IMG/VR virus record: IMGVR_UViG_3300017700_000797
Location: 1 to 48,387 of that record
Direction: 5' to 3' (one strand)
DNA from: a virus
Taxonomy: Duplodnaviria; Caudoviricetes
Length of the DNA stretch: 48,387 nt
Shown here: in pieces, positions 18,593 to 27,164 of the stretch
How the letters are laid out: the number at the start of each line of letters is the position of its first letter
Numbering within the stretch: the first letter of the stretch is position 1
Notes under the pieces: generated by a model
Seen by the model: the letters and a program-made list of their open reading frames with translations, nothing else
What the model was told of the DNA's origin: nothing
Databases searched by the model: none
Made by a program: the position numbers and the translations under genes

Positions 18593-18889
18593 CTATTTCT
18601 TTGCAGCAGGCGCTGGAGCCGCTGCTGCAGCGGTTGCCAGCTGATACGGCATCCAGTGGGCGAAGCGACCGTGGGCCGGGACTTCCTGGCCTTCGATCAG
18701 CTCGACGATCGGCACGTTCTGCACGGCGTGATGGTGGCCGTCCAGATCGAATACTGCCAGATTGATCGTGCCGTCTTCGTTGACACGGCAGACGAGTGCG
18801 GCCAGGGATTCTTCCTGATGGCCCAGACCCATTTCGGAGTCAGGGACGAACAGGATAACACGGCCAGTGGTGGGGGTGATTGTGGGCAT
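18593..18889 (-). CDS. Hypothetical phage protein
   Basis: PTTGRVILF...LAALVCRV...INLAVFD, good RBS; UUCG hairpin after the stop. Confidence 0.7.
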   Translation of the reverse strand: MPTITPTTGRVILFVPDSEMGLGHQEESLAALVCRVNEDGTINLAVFDLDGHHHAVQNVPIVELIEGQEVPAHGRFAHWMPYQLATAAAAAPAPAAKK

Positions 18890-18931
18890 TGGAAAGGTTC
18901 CTTGTAGAGTGGTGGAAGGGGTAGCAGCGGT

Positions 18932-19135
18932 TTAGTCTTCGTCGCTGTCGTTGTCGCTGTCGTCGGCGCCTTCATACTGCATGATCGGCTCGTCGTCCAG
19001 GTCGTCGTTGTTGTACTGACCCTGCTCGGTATCGATGATGCAGACGATACTGTCGCTGTCGGAAATATCCGGCGGGTTGTCGTCGGTGCCGGTTACGTCG
19101 CCGGAAGTGTCAACGATGAGAAAGCGGAATGCCAT
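18932..19135 (-). CDS. Small acidic hypothetical protein
   Basis: 67 aa, very Asp-rich, AGGAG RBS. Confidence 0.6.
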   Translation of the reverse strand: MAFRFLIVDTSGDVTGTDDNPPDISDSDSIVCIIDTEQGQYNNDDLDDEPIMQYEGADDSDNDSDED

Positions 19136-19257
19136 GGCTAGTGCTCCTGAAGGGTTGGCTGGGAAATGGTGCCCGGCTATTAGGAGCCGCCGGGCTTGCT
19201 TTTTGCGGCAGGACGCGGAGAACCGGCCGAGCTGCTTGCTACGCTGGCCGGAGCCAG

Positions 19258-19704
19258 TTACATCTTCGCCACGCCTTTGACTTCAGCGTACGTATCTTCG
19301 CCGTCGATGCGGTGCTTCACATCGACCTTGGCCATCTGGCCCGGCAGGTTGTGGAAGCTGAACGGCTGGTTCGGATCGTTCTGGCCGATGGCTTCGCGGA
19401 GGCGACCCAGGCCGACGTTCTTGCCCGGCGACATGTCCAGACCACCTTGGGGCGTGGTGTCGAGCATGATGCCCTGCTTGCACACGACGGTGTCGCGGCC
19501 GAGGTGTTCCTTGACGCCTTGGTCTTCGATCAGCCAGAACACGTCCAGCGAGATGCCGGTTTGGCTGCCGTCTTTCGATTGCCACTGGCGGGGGGTGACT
19601 TTTTCAATAACGCCCTGGAAGGAGCCGATTGGCACGGGGATGACCTTGGTCGAGTTGGAACCTTGGATGGATGCGTTGAGGAAGCTGTCTGCGTCAAATG
19701 TCAT
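19258..19704 (-). CDS. Putative single-stranded DNA-binding protein (OB-fold)
   Basis: 148 aa, PVPIGSFQGVI...LGRLREAIG...VDVKH; located in the recombination module. Confidence 0.6.
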   Translation of the reverse strand: MTFDADSFLNASIQGSNSTKVIPVPIGSFQGVIEKVTPRQWQSKDGSQTGISLDVFWLIEDQGVKEHLGRDTVVCKQGIMLDTTPQGGLDMSPGKNVGLGRLREAIGQNDPNQPFSFHNLPGQMAKVDVKHRIDGEDTYAEVKGVAKM

Positions 19705-19850
19705 GATAAACTCACTGTAAAGGTTAGCTGGTTAGGGCTAGGTTAAGGGCTAGGTTTGTTTGCTGATCCGATTGCGACTGGCCGGGATCAGCGTTGCGGC
19801 GAGAGAATGTATGATGCCGGGGTGGGTGGAAGAGGGCAAGTAGAGATTGG

Positions 19851-20300
19851 TCAGTTCTCCAAAACGTGTAGGTAGAGGAAATCCACCCCCATACCGCAGC
19901 TGTTGAGGACGGCTGAGGTTCCTTCAACCGCTTCCGTGGCGCATAATCCGGCATTGAGAAGGGCCAGGGCTGGGGACATGCCACAACCAGCTGTGACGAG
20001 TGGGCCTTCTACTTCAAAAGGGACCGGGGAGGACTCGAATTTCAAGCAAGTGCCGTCGAGCCGAATATAGAGGAGGCACGGACCTTTGTCTGGATCACGC
20101 CAATCGGAGCGGAAAGTTGCCGGATCACCCCCGTCACGGAGCCACTGCATCATTTCCATCCCCATGGAAAAGTTACCGGTGATGCCCAAGAGTCCATGGC
20201 CATGCCAGCGGAAGATTTTAGTGACAGCTGCAATGGCGTCACCACAGGTGGATTGCTTGTCGGCGGCGAGCATCTTGCCGTCCCAGGCTAGTACAGTCAT
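19851..20300 (-). CDS. HslV/proteasome-beta-like Ntn hydrolase
   Basis: MT N-terminus (Thr1), LAADKQST, TKI, TAGCG. Confidence 0.65.
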   Translation of the reverse strand: MTVLAWDGKMLAADKQSTCGDAIAAVTKIFRWHGHGLLGITGNFSMGMEMMQWLRDGGDPATFRSDWRDPDKGPCLLYIRLDGTCLKFESSPVPFEVEGPLVTAGCGMSPALALLNAGLCATEAVEGTSAVLNSCGMGVDFLYLHVLEN

Positions 20301-20329
20301 GATAGGCTTTCAGTTGGTTGAGGGTTTTG

Positions 20330-20359
20330 CGCGCGTATTACTCGGGAGTAATGTGCGCG
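20330..20359. repeat. Dispersed palindrome copy 7
   Basis: CGCGCGTATTAC-tcggga-GTAATGTGCGCG. Confidence 0.95.
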
Positions 20360-20364
20360 TGGAA

Positions 20365-21237
20365 TTACACAGCGCGGCCGCCCCTGGACTTCCACTTCTC
20401 AATAATCGGCCCGAAGTCCGCCGGCAGACCTTGCCCGACTTTCAGGTTCCGAGTCTTGACATCGGCCAGGGCGCTCCCCGTATCCCAGCTCCATTTCGTC
20501 CCTTCCCGCACGGTCAGGATGACGTCCGAGAACATCGGTGGGAGCTTCGGACCGAGTGCCTTGCCCAGGGAACTGAGCATGATCTTCGTGCCGCCGAGCA
20601 CAGCATCGGTTTCGCGCTCGACATGGCTGATCAGGACGAAGTGGCACTTGAGCTGATTGGTGAGCATGAAGAGCAGGGTTTCGACCTGCTTCTGCGCGAT
20701 GCCCCAATCGCTCTGGTTGCTGACGGCCTTGCCCCCGACCACGAGCCCCATCGCCGCGCGGCAGAGGCCCGCCATGCCGTCCATCACCAGCATACGGTTC
20801 GGCCCCCAGGTATCGGTGCAGCCGAAGGATTGGCCGGTGCGGTCGTCCTTGAAGTCGTTCAGCGCCGTGAGGATTTTCGTGAACTGATCGTACTTCGAGC
20901 GGTTCGGGTCGGCGAGCTTTGCCAGCGTGTCGAGCGACATCGTGTTGACCTTGGTCGCGTTCTGGATGAGTTCCGCGAACGAGGCCTTCTGCGATTCCAC
21001 TTCGTGCCAGTGGAGGTTCGGAGGCACCGGCTTGCCCTTGTCGGTGAAGTAACCGATGAGGGATTCCAGGCCGGGTTCGAGGCCGAGGTAGAAGACCTCG
21101 ATACCGGCGTCGACTGCAGTGCCGATGGCTGTGGTCTTGCCGGTGCCAGCTGGGCCCATCAAGAGCACGTTGACACCACGGAGGGTGGAAGCGGCTTGGA
21201 GTTGTGTTTCAACGCCTGGGAGGGTTTCAGTAGACAT
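20365..21237 (-). CDS. AAA-family ATPase (Sak4/AAA_24-like recombinase)
   Basis: Walker A GPAGTGKT, Walker B LVMDG, LISH; next to SSB and nuclease genes. Confidence 0.75.
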   Translation of the reverse strand: MSTETLPGVETQLQAASTLRGVNVLLMGPAGTGKTTAIGTAVDAGIEVFYLGLEPGLESLIGYFTDKGKPVPPNLHWHEVESQKASFAELIQNATKVNTMSLDTLAKLADPNRSKYDQFTKILTALNDFKDDRTGQSFGCTDTWGPNRMLVMDGMAGLCRAAMGLVVGGKAVSNQSDWGIAQKQVETLLFMLTNQLKCHFVLISHVERETDAVLGGTKIMLSSLGKALGPKLPPMFSDVILTVREGTKWSWDTGSALADVKTRNLKVGQGLPADFGPIIEKWKSRGGRAV

Positions 21238-21574
21238 GTGGTATTGCCTTTTCAGGTTGAGGAGTTGTAACGCCGAAGATATCGCCGCCACGGCTGTCGA
21301 GCACGATCAGTTCGATCTTGTAGCGCCAGATGTCGAAGCCGTTTTTGGAAAGACCTTCGATTAGGTTCAGCATTCGTGTTTCGAGGTCACGATAGCAATC
21401 ATCGTGGCCGGTCATGAATGTATCATACATGCTACGCTCTGGCGTGGAAGCCTCACGATTCTGCATGAGTAATTTGGCCAGTTTAAACCGGTGGGTTTTG
21501 GCCAAAGCTTCGACGCAGGCTGGATCGGCACTATGAATATCCAGCGGTTCAATGGTAATGTGACATTCGTACAT
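21227..21574 (-). CDS. Hypothetical phage protein
   Basis: 115 aa, YECHITI...RYKIE. Confidence 0.65.
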   Translation of the reverse strand: MYECHITIEPLDIHSADPACVEALAKTHRFKLAKLLMQNREASTPERSMYDTFMTGHDDCYRDLETRMLNLIEGLSKNGFDIWRYKIELIVLDSRGGDIFGVTTPQPEKAIPHVY

Positions 21575-21576
21575 GG

Positions 21577-21939
21577 CTAGCTTTCAGGGTAAAGTGAAAG
21601 GTGTAAGGCCAGCTCCCGGAGCCACATTGCGTCCGGCCAGCTAGCAAGGAAATCCTGCTCCCATTCCAGCAGCAAGCTCCCGTAGATACCTCGACCATGT
21701 GTACTTGGTGTTGGGCACTTCCGGCAAGCCTTTGTCCAGAACTGGAAAGGGTTCGGAGCACCGCCCGGCAGCGACACGGGGCAGCGCGCCCATATCTCCG
21801 CACAGTGAGGGCAGACCATGCCAAGGCTCCGGGGCGGCTGCCGTTGATCGTTGACGGCTTCCGATGCGCGCGGAGCTTCCCCCAGCCATTCGCCGTCAAC
21901 AATGAATTGCTGCACATACGGCCCGATTGCTTTTGCCAT
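21577..21939 (-). CDS. Hypothetical Zn-finger-like protein
   Basis: CPHC...CRKC. Confidence 0.55.
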   Translation of the reverse strand: MAKAIGPYVQQFIVDGEWLGEAPRASEAVNDQRQPPRSLGMVCPHCAEIWARCPVSLPGGAPNPFQFWTKACRKCPTPSTHGRGIYGSLLLEWEQDFLASWPDAMWLRELALHLSLYPES

Positions 21940-21951
21940 GGTCTGTGGCTC

Positions 21952-22200
21952 CTAGTGTGGCTTGATGATCGTCAGGCCAGGCGGCATGATGATTTCCGTC
22001 CGTGGGTACTTGGCATCCATTTCGGCATGCCGGGCCTGGAATTCAGTACCGATTTCGTTCGCGGCCTGCCCCATGTACGGGTGATGCGTCAGGATCATTT
22101 GCAGCATGGCGGCGGTGTAGGCTTCCAGCAGCATGACGCTTTCGATGAGGTATTCATGCGACATGTCTTCCATCTTGCGGGGAGTGGGCGGGGTGTTCAT
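21952..22200 (-). CDS. Hypothetical protein
   Basis: 82 aa, RBS, packed in operon. Confidence 0.6.
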   Translation of the reverse strand: MNTPPTPRKMEDMSHEYLIESVMLLEAYTAAMLQMILTHHPYMGQAANEIGTEFQARHAEMDAKYPRTEIIMPPGLTIIKPH

Positions 22201-22202
22201 TG

Positions 22203-23258
22203 CTAGTTTCCTTTCAGGAAAAGGGATTTAAAAGAGTCCTGCAATTCTTCGCTGTCGCTCATAGCGACTTTGGGAACTGGCAGGGTGGAGGGGTCGCTGC
22301 GGACATGACCCCAGGATTCCTCGTAGGCCGCGACAGTGGTTTCGGCACGGGCCAAAGGATCCCAGACACGGCGCTCGAAGTACACAGGCAACCATGCTTC
22401 TGGTTCGTGGGACTTGCACACGCGGGTGAAGCTGCAGCCGCCGTATTCCGTGCAGCCGGAGTCGATGCTGTAGTCCCAATAGCCCTCTTCCCAGCAGCGG
22501 ATCATCGCTTGAATGTCGCGGAGGGTCTGGGCGTGCCACAGGTCGATTTCGTAGTCCGAACGGTAAGTCGGGACTTCCATGTGGTTGTACATGGTCTTCA
22601 GGATCGCAATCCCGCGAACCATGGCACCGGCCGCCTTGATCCCTTGCTGACGCAGTGCCCAGATGTAGCCGGTGAATTGGCCGCGCATTTCCCACTGGCG
22701 AGCCCAGGACGCCCCGAGGCTCGAAGTGGTTTTTTCGTCGTAGACGTAGATACCGCCAGCACGATGCGCAACCATGTCGGAACGGCCCGTGTACAAGAGC
22801 GGCTGGCCGGTTACGGGGTGCATGATTTCGAGTGGTTCGGCGAAACTGAACTCGATACCGCGACGGCCGCTGGCAAGGGTAATTGGCTCTGCGCCGTCAT
22901 TGCCGAGCGGGTAGTTGTCGAAGTAGAATTCGAGCGCGCCACACATGCGCTCCAGGGACTTGGCGGATTCTGGTGGGCACTCGAAGTCGCCGTACTTCTT
23001 GACGAGTTCGATCAGGCCGGCAGCTTGCGCGTCGTCCTGCGAGTGGCCTTCGACGTAGAAGGAATTGCGAGCGGCTTCGATACCTGACGCGAACGCTCCA
23101 CCGGCTACGAGATGGACGGACTGCGACAAAGGTTTCCAGTGTTCCACGTATTGCAGGAACATCTTCTGACGGCAGGAACGCCACGCCGACAGGATTGTGG
23201 AGTCGATCGTGTGTGGAAACATTGGCCGCTGGGCGACGGCGTTAGAAAGGGATGTCAT
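22203..23258 (-). CDS. PD-(D/E)XK (RecB/Cas4-like) exonuclease
   Basis: IEFSF, GRSD, YDEKTT, QFTGY; Cys at the N-terminus plus CTEYGGC...C (Fe-S staple); start revised to ATG 23258 (AAGGA RBS). Confidence 0.8.
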   Translation of the reverse strand: MTSLSNAVAQRPMFPHTIDSTILSAWRSCRQKMFLQYVEHWKPLSQSVHLVAGGAFASGIEAARNSFYVEGHSQDDAQAAGLIELVKKYGDFECPPESAKSLERMCGALEFYFDNYPLGNDGAEPITLASGRRGIEFSFAEPLEIMHPVTGQPLLYTGRSDMVAHRAGGIYVYDEKTTSSLGASWARQWEMRGQFTGYIWALRQQGIKAAGAMVRGIAILKTMYNHMEVPTYRSDYEIDLWHAQTLRDIQAMIRCWEEGYWDYSIDSGCTEYGGCSFTRVCKSHEPEAWLPVYFERRVWDPLARAETTVAAYEESWGHVRSDPSTLPVPKVAMSDSEELQDSFKSLFLKGN

Positions 23259-23616
23259 CACTGATGTCCTTGAAGGATTGAGGAGGGGAATCGGCAGCTG
23301 GGGCATCAAGAATTTCCGATTCGTCACTGCTGTGCGACAACTGCAAGAGAGCCTCCTTACGCTGTCGCAGGGATGCCATCGTTTGATGGTAGCTTTCTGC
23401 GGCTTCCCCAATAGCGGCGTCGATGGAAGAAATTTCGGCCGCAACGCAATTAAAGCCTTCAGGAACGGTGAAGGTAATAGGGCAAGGGCCGAGGGTAACA
23501 TACCCGGAAGCGGGAAGCTCCCGGACATGCCACGTAACATCTTCACTGTAAGGAAGCTGCATCAGGAAACCGGGGGCGGAAATAACATGCCCCGGCTTGT
23601 AGTCTTTAAGTAACAT
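23242..23616 (-). CDS. Hypothetical protein ending in an SSB-like acidic tip (DDIPF)
   Basis: 124 aa, coiled coil, acidic linker, C-terminus ...KDISDDIPF. Confidence 0.7.
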   Translation of the reverse strand: MLLKDYKPGHVISAPGFLMQLPYSEDVTWHVRELPASGYVTLGPCPITFTVPEGFNCVAAEISSIDAAIGEAAESYHQTMASLRQRKEALLQLSHSSDESEILDAPAADSPPQSFKDISDDIPF

Positions 23617-23659
23617 GGCTGGCTTTCAATGACTAGGCGCGGCAAGCCGCTGCCGGGGG

Positions 23660-23881
23660 TTACGACATGAAGTCGTCGAGCAGCGCGTTGCTGTCGATAG
23701 GGGCAGCTTTCGCTTTCGCAGTGGCCGTTTTGGTCTTGCTGGCAGTCGAGACAACCTGCGCGCCCATGCGGTCCTTGCGAATCGCGTCGACAGCTTGACG
23801 GGCTTCGGCGACGGTCAGCGTGCCGTCACGGGCTTTCTGGCGCCAGATTTGGATACTGCTCATAATGGTTTCATTGCTCAT
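23660..23881 (-). CDS. Hypothetical protein
   Basis: 73 aa, AGGAG RBS, ends IDSNALLDDFMS. Confidence 0.7.
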   Translation of the reverse strand: MSNETIMSSIQIWRQKARDGTLTVAEARQAVDAIRKDRMGAQVVSTASKTKTATAKAKAAPIDSNALLDDFMS

Positions 23882-23928
23882 GGTGGGCTCCTGTGAGGAA
23901 AGGGCAGCCGGAGCTGCCCGGCTGTGGG

Positions 23929-24285
23929 TTACTTGGCAGTCGACGCCAGCATTGCAGCCATCGACGGAGCACCTCCGCCAGCGATCACGGCGCCGGCGTC
24001 GCTTTCAGCCGCGAGGATGGCGTCGTACTTGCTGCGGTCGATTGCGGCGACGATCCACTTGTATTTGAACTTGGCGTTGGGGTCGATTGGGACTTGGTTA
24101 ACGCTTTCGACGATGCCGACGCAGAGGCCTTTGCTGCCGAAGTCGACGACGACTGGCTGGCGGATGGCGAGGCCCAGGGGTACGGTTCCGCCTTCGGAGC
24201 TGACAGGGACGAGGAACTTGTAGGTGAAGGCTTTGCCGGCGACGATGACTTGCACAGGGACGTAAGCGGTGATGTCGAGTTGCAT
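23929..24285 (-). CDS. Hypothetical protein
   Basis: 118 aa, FTYKF...KYKWIV. Confidence 0.65.
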   Translation of the reverse strand: MQLDITAYVPVQVIVAGKAFTYKFLVPVSSEGGTVPLGLAIRQPVVVDFGSKGLCVGIVESVNQVPIDPNAKFKYKWIVAAIDRSKYDAILAAESDAGAVIAGGGAPSMAAMLASTAK

Positions 24286-24357
24286 GAGGAAGGTTCCTTT
24301 GAGGGTTGGAAGGTGTGGTGGAGATTGACGAACATGGAGCAGGAGCTGGCGGTGGGG

Positions 24358-24594
24358 TTAGTGATGAGCCTTGTTACGGGCACGGTTGCGGGCTTTGGTG
24401 GAGGCGCGCTTCTGGCGGGCCATGGAAATTCCCTTGCCTTTGTAGCCGTAGGTCATGGGGGCTAAGGTGATCTCGCCGCTGTAAGGGCTGAGCTTCATGT
24501 TCGGCAGAATCGTCCGCATGGTACGGCCTACCATGGAAGCAGTGGAAAGGGCCATCAGGACTGCGGCGCTGAGAGTGGACTGGATACGGGACAT
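24358..24594 (-). CDS. Hypothetical basic protein
   Basis: 78 aa, AAGGAG RBS, QKRASTKARNRAR C-terminus. Confidence 0.6.
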   Translation of the reverse strand: MSRIQSTLSAAVLMALSTASMVGRTMRTILPNMKLSPYSGEITLAPMTYGYKGKGISMARQKRASTKARNRARNKAHH

Positions 24595-24625
24595 TTGAAT
24601 CTCCTTAAGGTGTGGGTGAGTTTTA

Positions 24626-24655
24626 CGCGCACATTACACCGGAGTAACGTGCGCA
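24626..24655. repeat. Dispersed palindrome copy 8
   Basis: CGCGCACATTAC-accgga-GTAACGTGCGCA. Confidence 0.95.
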
Positions 24656-24699
24656 TGGAATTAATATAACCGAGCCGGTGTCAGTAGTCACGCACGGAA

Positions 24700-25035
24700 T
24701 TACAGTTCCACGACGGATACCAGTGGAGCCGGCTTCCAGGCCTTTGTAAGTTCCAGTTCCTGTTTGGCGAATTCCAGCTGATTTTCCAGGATTTGACAGT
24801 ACCGAATCCGCCTAAATTCGAAGGCCTTCACGGCTTCCGGTAACGTAGCACTGGCATAGCGTCCACCATCGTCCAGTTGAAATTTCAGCTTCGTTACGTA
24901 AGGCCGTTTAAGCCGAACCCCTTTAGGGGTATGCTTGACCACAGTGCAGATTTCCGGGTGCAAAAGCATTTCCCCCTTCCAGTCTGGAGTGATGCCAGTG
25001 ACCCGGACCAGTTCCGTTCCCAGAGCCGGCTTCAT
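24700..25035 (-). CDS. Hypothetical protein
   Basis: VVKHTPKG...; start probably at the ATG overlapping the helicase stop. Confidence 0.55.
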   Translation of the reverse strand: MKPALGTELVRVTGITPDWKGEMLLHPEICTVVKHTPKGVRLKRPYVTKLKFQLDDGGRYASATLPEAVKAFEFRRIRYCQILENQLEFAKQELELTKAWKPAPLVSVVEL

Positions 25036-26393
25036 GCCAGAAACAGGCGTTTTTGCGCCCGGCTCGTAGCAACATACAAACACTGAAAAGCTTCGCGGCG
25101 ATTCCGGTTCAGGAGAATATCCTGATAGTCAACAAAGACATCGCGGTAGGTACTGCCCTGAGCACGGTGGGCAGTGATGGCATAGCCATACTTTACTTCA
25201 TGGAAGATGTCTTTCAACTCCCAGAATTTCTTCCACAGCTTCGAATTGCTCCTGGCCGCGTGCGCCAGTGCTTCACAATCCGCCGCGAACTGCACCACGG
25301 AATTCGGATGGATAACCATCAGCCGAATAGTCTTGCCCATTTCCGTCAGGCATTTCAGCTCGAACATGTGGTATTGCGGATGCCATGGGTGCATGCACAC
25401 GACGACGTTTTCAACGATGGCTTCGTCGTCCGTGTTCAATAACGAGTCCTCCCCGCGCTTGCATGGGGCCGTGGCGATGATACGATCGCCGATGAGAAAC
25501 GATCCGGGGGTAGCCATGCCGCCGAAGATGGCGCGTCGAATGAGGTCGTTGTATTCGTCCACGCGCACATTGCGCCATGCAATGACCTTGCCCAGCGAGC
25601 CGTCCGCGAATGTGCCATTCATCGCTTCCTGGTAGATACGTTCCTTGAAGGACTGCTTCGGCATTTTCCAGACACCCTCCGTGCCATCGTTGTCGGACTT
25701 GATGTTGATGCTCGGGGTGAAGGAAGGGATGACATCGCGGATTGCTGTAACGAGCTTGAGGATCTGATTGTCGTACCGCATGATCTGCGTGAGGGTGGCT
25801 TTGGATTCCAGCTCCCACACAGGGCTGCAGGCTTCGCCAACAGGTGGGAGCTGAGCTGAGTCCCCAAGGAAGATGATCTTGACCTTGTGGAACTTGGCAA
25901 TTTCCTGGAGCAGAGCCATCAGCCGTTTGTTGATCATCGAGGCTTCGTCGATGAAGATGACGTCGAAGTCGGACAGGTCGTCGGGGGTGTCACCGGAAAC
26001 GAGTTCCTTCAGCTCGCCATTCTTTTCGATGCGCAGCCCCAGGAAGCTGTAGATAGTGCAAGCCTGGCCGGTGATGGCACGAAGCACCTTCGCGGCTTTG
26101 TTCGTCGGGGCGGTGAAAGCGAACTGCGCACGGGAGCCGGCACAGCGAGCGATGAGTTCTTTCATCAAGAAGGTCTTGCCAGTGCCAGCGTAACCGGACA
26201 GGACGAAGAAGAAGGAGTCGGGGTCCGCGATGAAGTCGAGGAGGGCAGTGAGGGCGAGCTTCTGCTCGGGGTTGAAAGTGATGGCTTGGCCTGGGAGGGG
26301 GAAGCCGTTGGGAGGTGGAGGTTCAGCTACCATGGCCATTTCCTCTTGATGGTCGCTGTGCCATTGTTCTGCTGCTGCTTGCTGGTCAGTCAT
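25032..26393 (-). CDS. SF1B DNA helicase (Dda/RecD-like)
   Basis: GYAGTGKT, APTNKAA, DEASM, GDSAQLPPV, YAITAHRAQGSTY, YVATSRA. Confidence 0.92.
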   Translation of the reverse strand: MTDQQAAAEQWHSDHQEEMAMVAEPPPPNGFPLPGQAITFNPEQKLALTALLDFIADPDSFFFVLSGYAGTGKTFLMKELIARCAGSRAQFAFTAPTNKAAKVLRAITGQACTIYSFLGLRIEKNGELKELVSGDTPDDLSDFDVIFIDEASMINKRLMALLQEIAKFHKVKIIFLGDSAQLPPVGEACSPVWELESKATLTQIMRYDNQILKLVTAIRDVIPSFTPSINIKSDNDGTEGVWKMPKQSFKERIYQEAMNGTFADGSLGKVIAWRNVRVDEYNDLIRRAIFGGMATPGSFLIGDRIIATAPCKRGEDSLLNTDDEAIVENVVVCMHPWHPQYHMFELKCLTEMGKTIRLMVIHPNSVVQFAADCEALAHAARSNSKLWKKFWELKDIFHEVKYGYAITAHRAQGSTYRDVFVDYQDILLNRNRREAFQCLYVATSRAQKRLFLA

Positions 26394-26448
26394 TGTGAGC
26401 TCTCTTTTCTGTCAGGGCCACGCCCTGGATCGATACTGCAATTACGGC

Positions 26449-26664
26449 TTAACGCAAGCCGCCAACGTTGTCTGCGAGTTGGGCGCAAGCCTGGATGGTT
26501 TGTCCGATGCCGCGCAGGATATCCAAACGGGTCTTGGCGGTTTCGCCGTTAACTTCTTTGTAGGCCAGTTCCCTGCCTTCGGAAATGCCTTTGAGTCGGC
26601 CCTGTTGGTAGGCGTTGTTAACTTCAGCTTCCCATTGGGCTTTGGTCTTACGTGTGCTTGGCAT
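26449..26664 (-). CDS. Hypothetical protein
   Basis: 71 aa, RBS, packed in operon. Confidence 0.55.
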   Translation of the reverse strand: MPSTRKTKAQWEAEVNNAYQQGRLKGISEGRELAYKEVNGETAKTRLDILRGIGQTIQACAQLADNVGGLR

Positions 26665-26673
26665 GGTGGTTTC

Positions 26674-26898
26674 CTATTTGTTGAGAGTGATCCAGCTAGC
26701 AATTGCAGCTGGCGCGGGAAGATCGCAGATGCTGACATCACGGAACTGGTACTTGTTCACCTCTTCGGAAGTGCCGTCGTGGAAAGCCGGTTCCCAGCCT
26801 GTGAGGTGTTCCTCGACTTGCAGGATGAGCAGCGAGGGCTTGAACCAGCGCCGATGCTCACGGAATCTGGTCTTACCAGTGAGGGTGCGGGTAATCAT
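26674..26898 (-). CDS. Hypothetical protein
   Basis: LTGKTRFR...LLILQVEE...FRDV; ATGA overlap with upstream gene. Confidence 0.55.
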   Translation of the reverse strand: MITRTLTGKTRFREHRRWFKPSLLILQVEEHLTGWEPAFHDGTSEEVNKYQFRDVSICDLPAPAAIASWITLNK

Positions 26899-27098
26899 GC
26901 TGGGCTCTCTTCCAGCCAACCGGCGTCCATCTTCTTGTAGTGCTCGCGGAGCAGCTTTTCGATCAGCTGCGACTGCGCACCGATCGGAATCCGGCCGTCG
27001 ACTTCAGAATAGAGTTCCAGCTCCATCCGCGCCACGATGTCTTGTGGCAGGGAGATGTTCTTGCTGATGCGTGGGGTGAGGCCTTTGGGACGGGACAT
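26895..27098 (-). CDS. Putative ribbon-helix-helix DNA-binding protein
   Basis: RISKNISLPQDIVARM...SQLIEKLLREHY pattern (CopG/Arc-like, with a loop insertion). Confidence 0.55.
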   Translation of the reverse strand: MSRPKGLTPRISKNISLPQDIVARMELELYSEVDGRIPIGAQSQLIEKLLREHYKKMDAGWLEESPA

Positions 27099-27164
27099 TG
27101 GAGTTCCTTTGCAGGTTATGGATTAGGTGATAGGATACCACGGAGTAGGGCAGTGATCAAACGG

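Noticed and set aside
20365-21237. ATPase as the ParA partner of ParB
   Set aside because: It has a classical Walker A (GPAGTGKT) without the deviant KGGxGK signature; context fits a Sak4-like recombinase
22203-23546. 447-aa ORF as annotated, or a CRISPR Cas4
   Set aside because: The N-terminal ~95 aa overlap the better-supported 23242-23616 gene. It is a stand-alone phage RecB-like nuclease with no CRISPR array.
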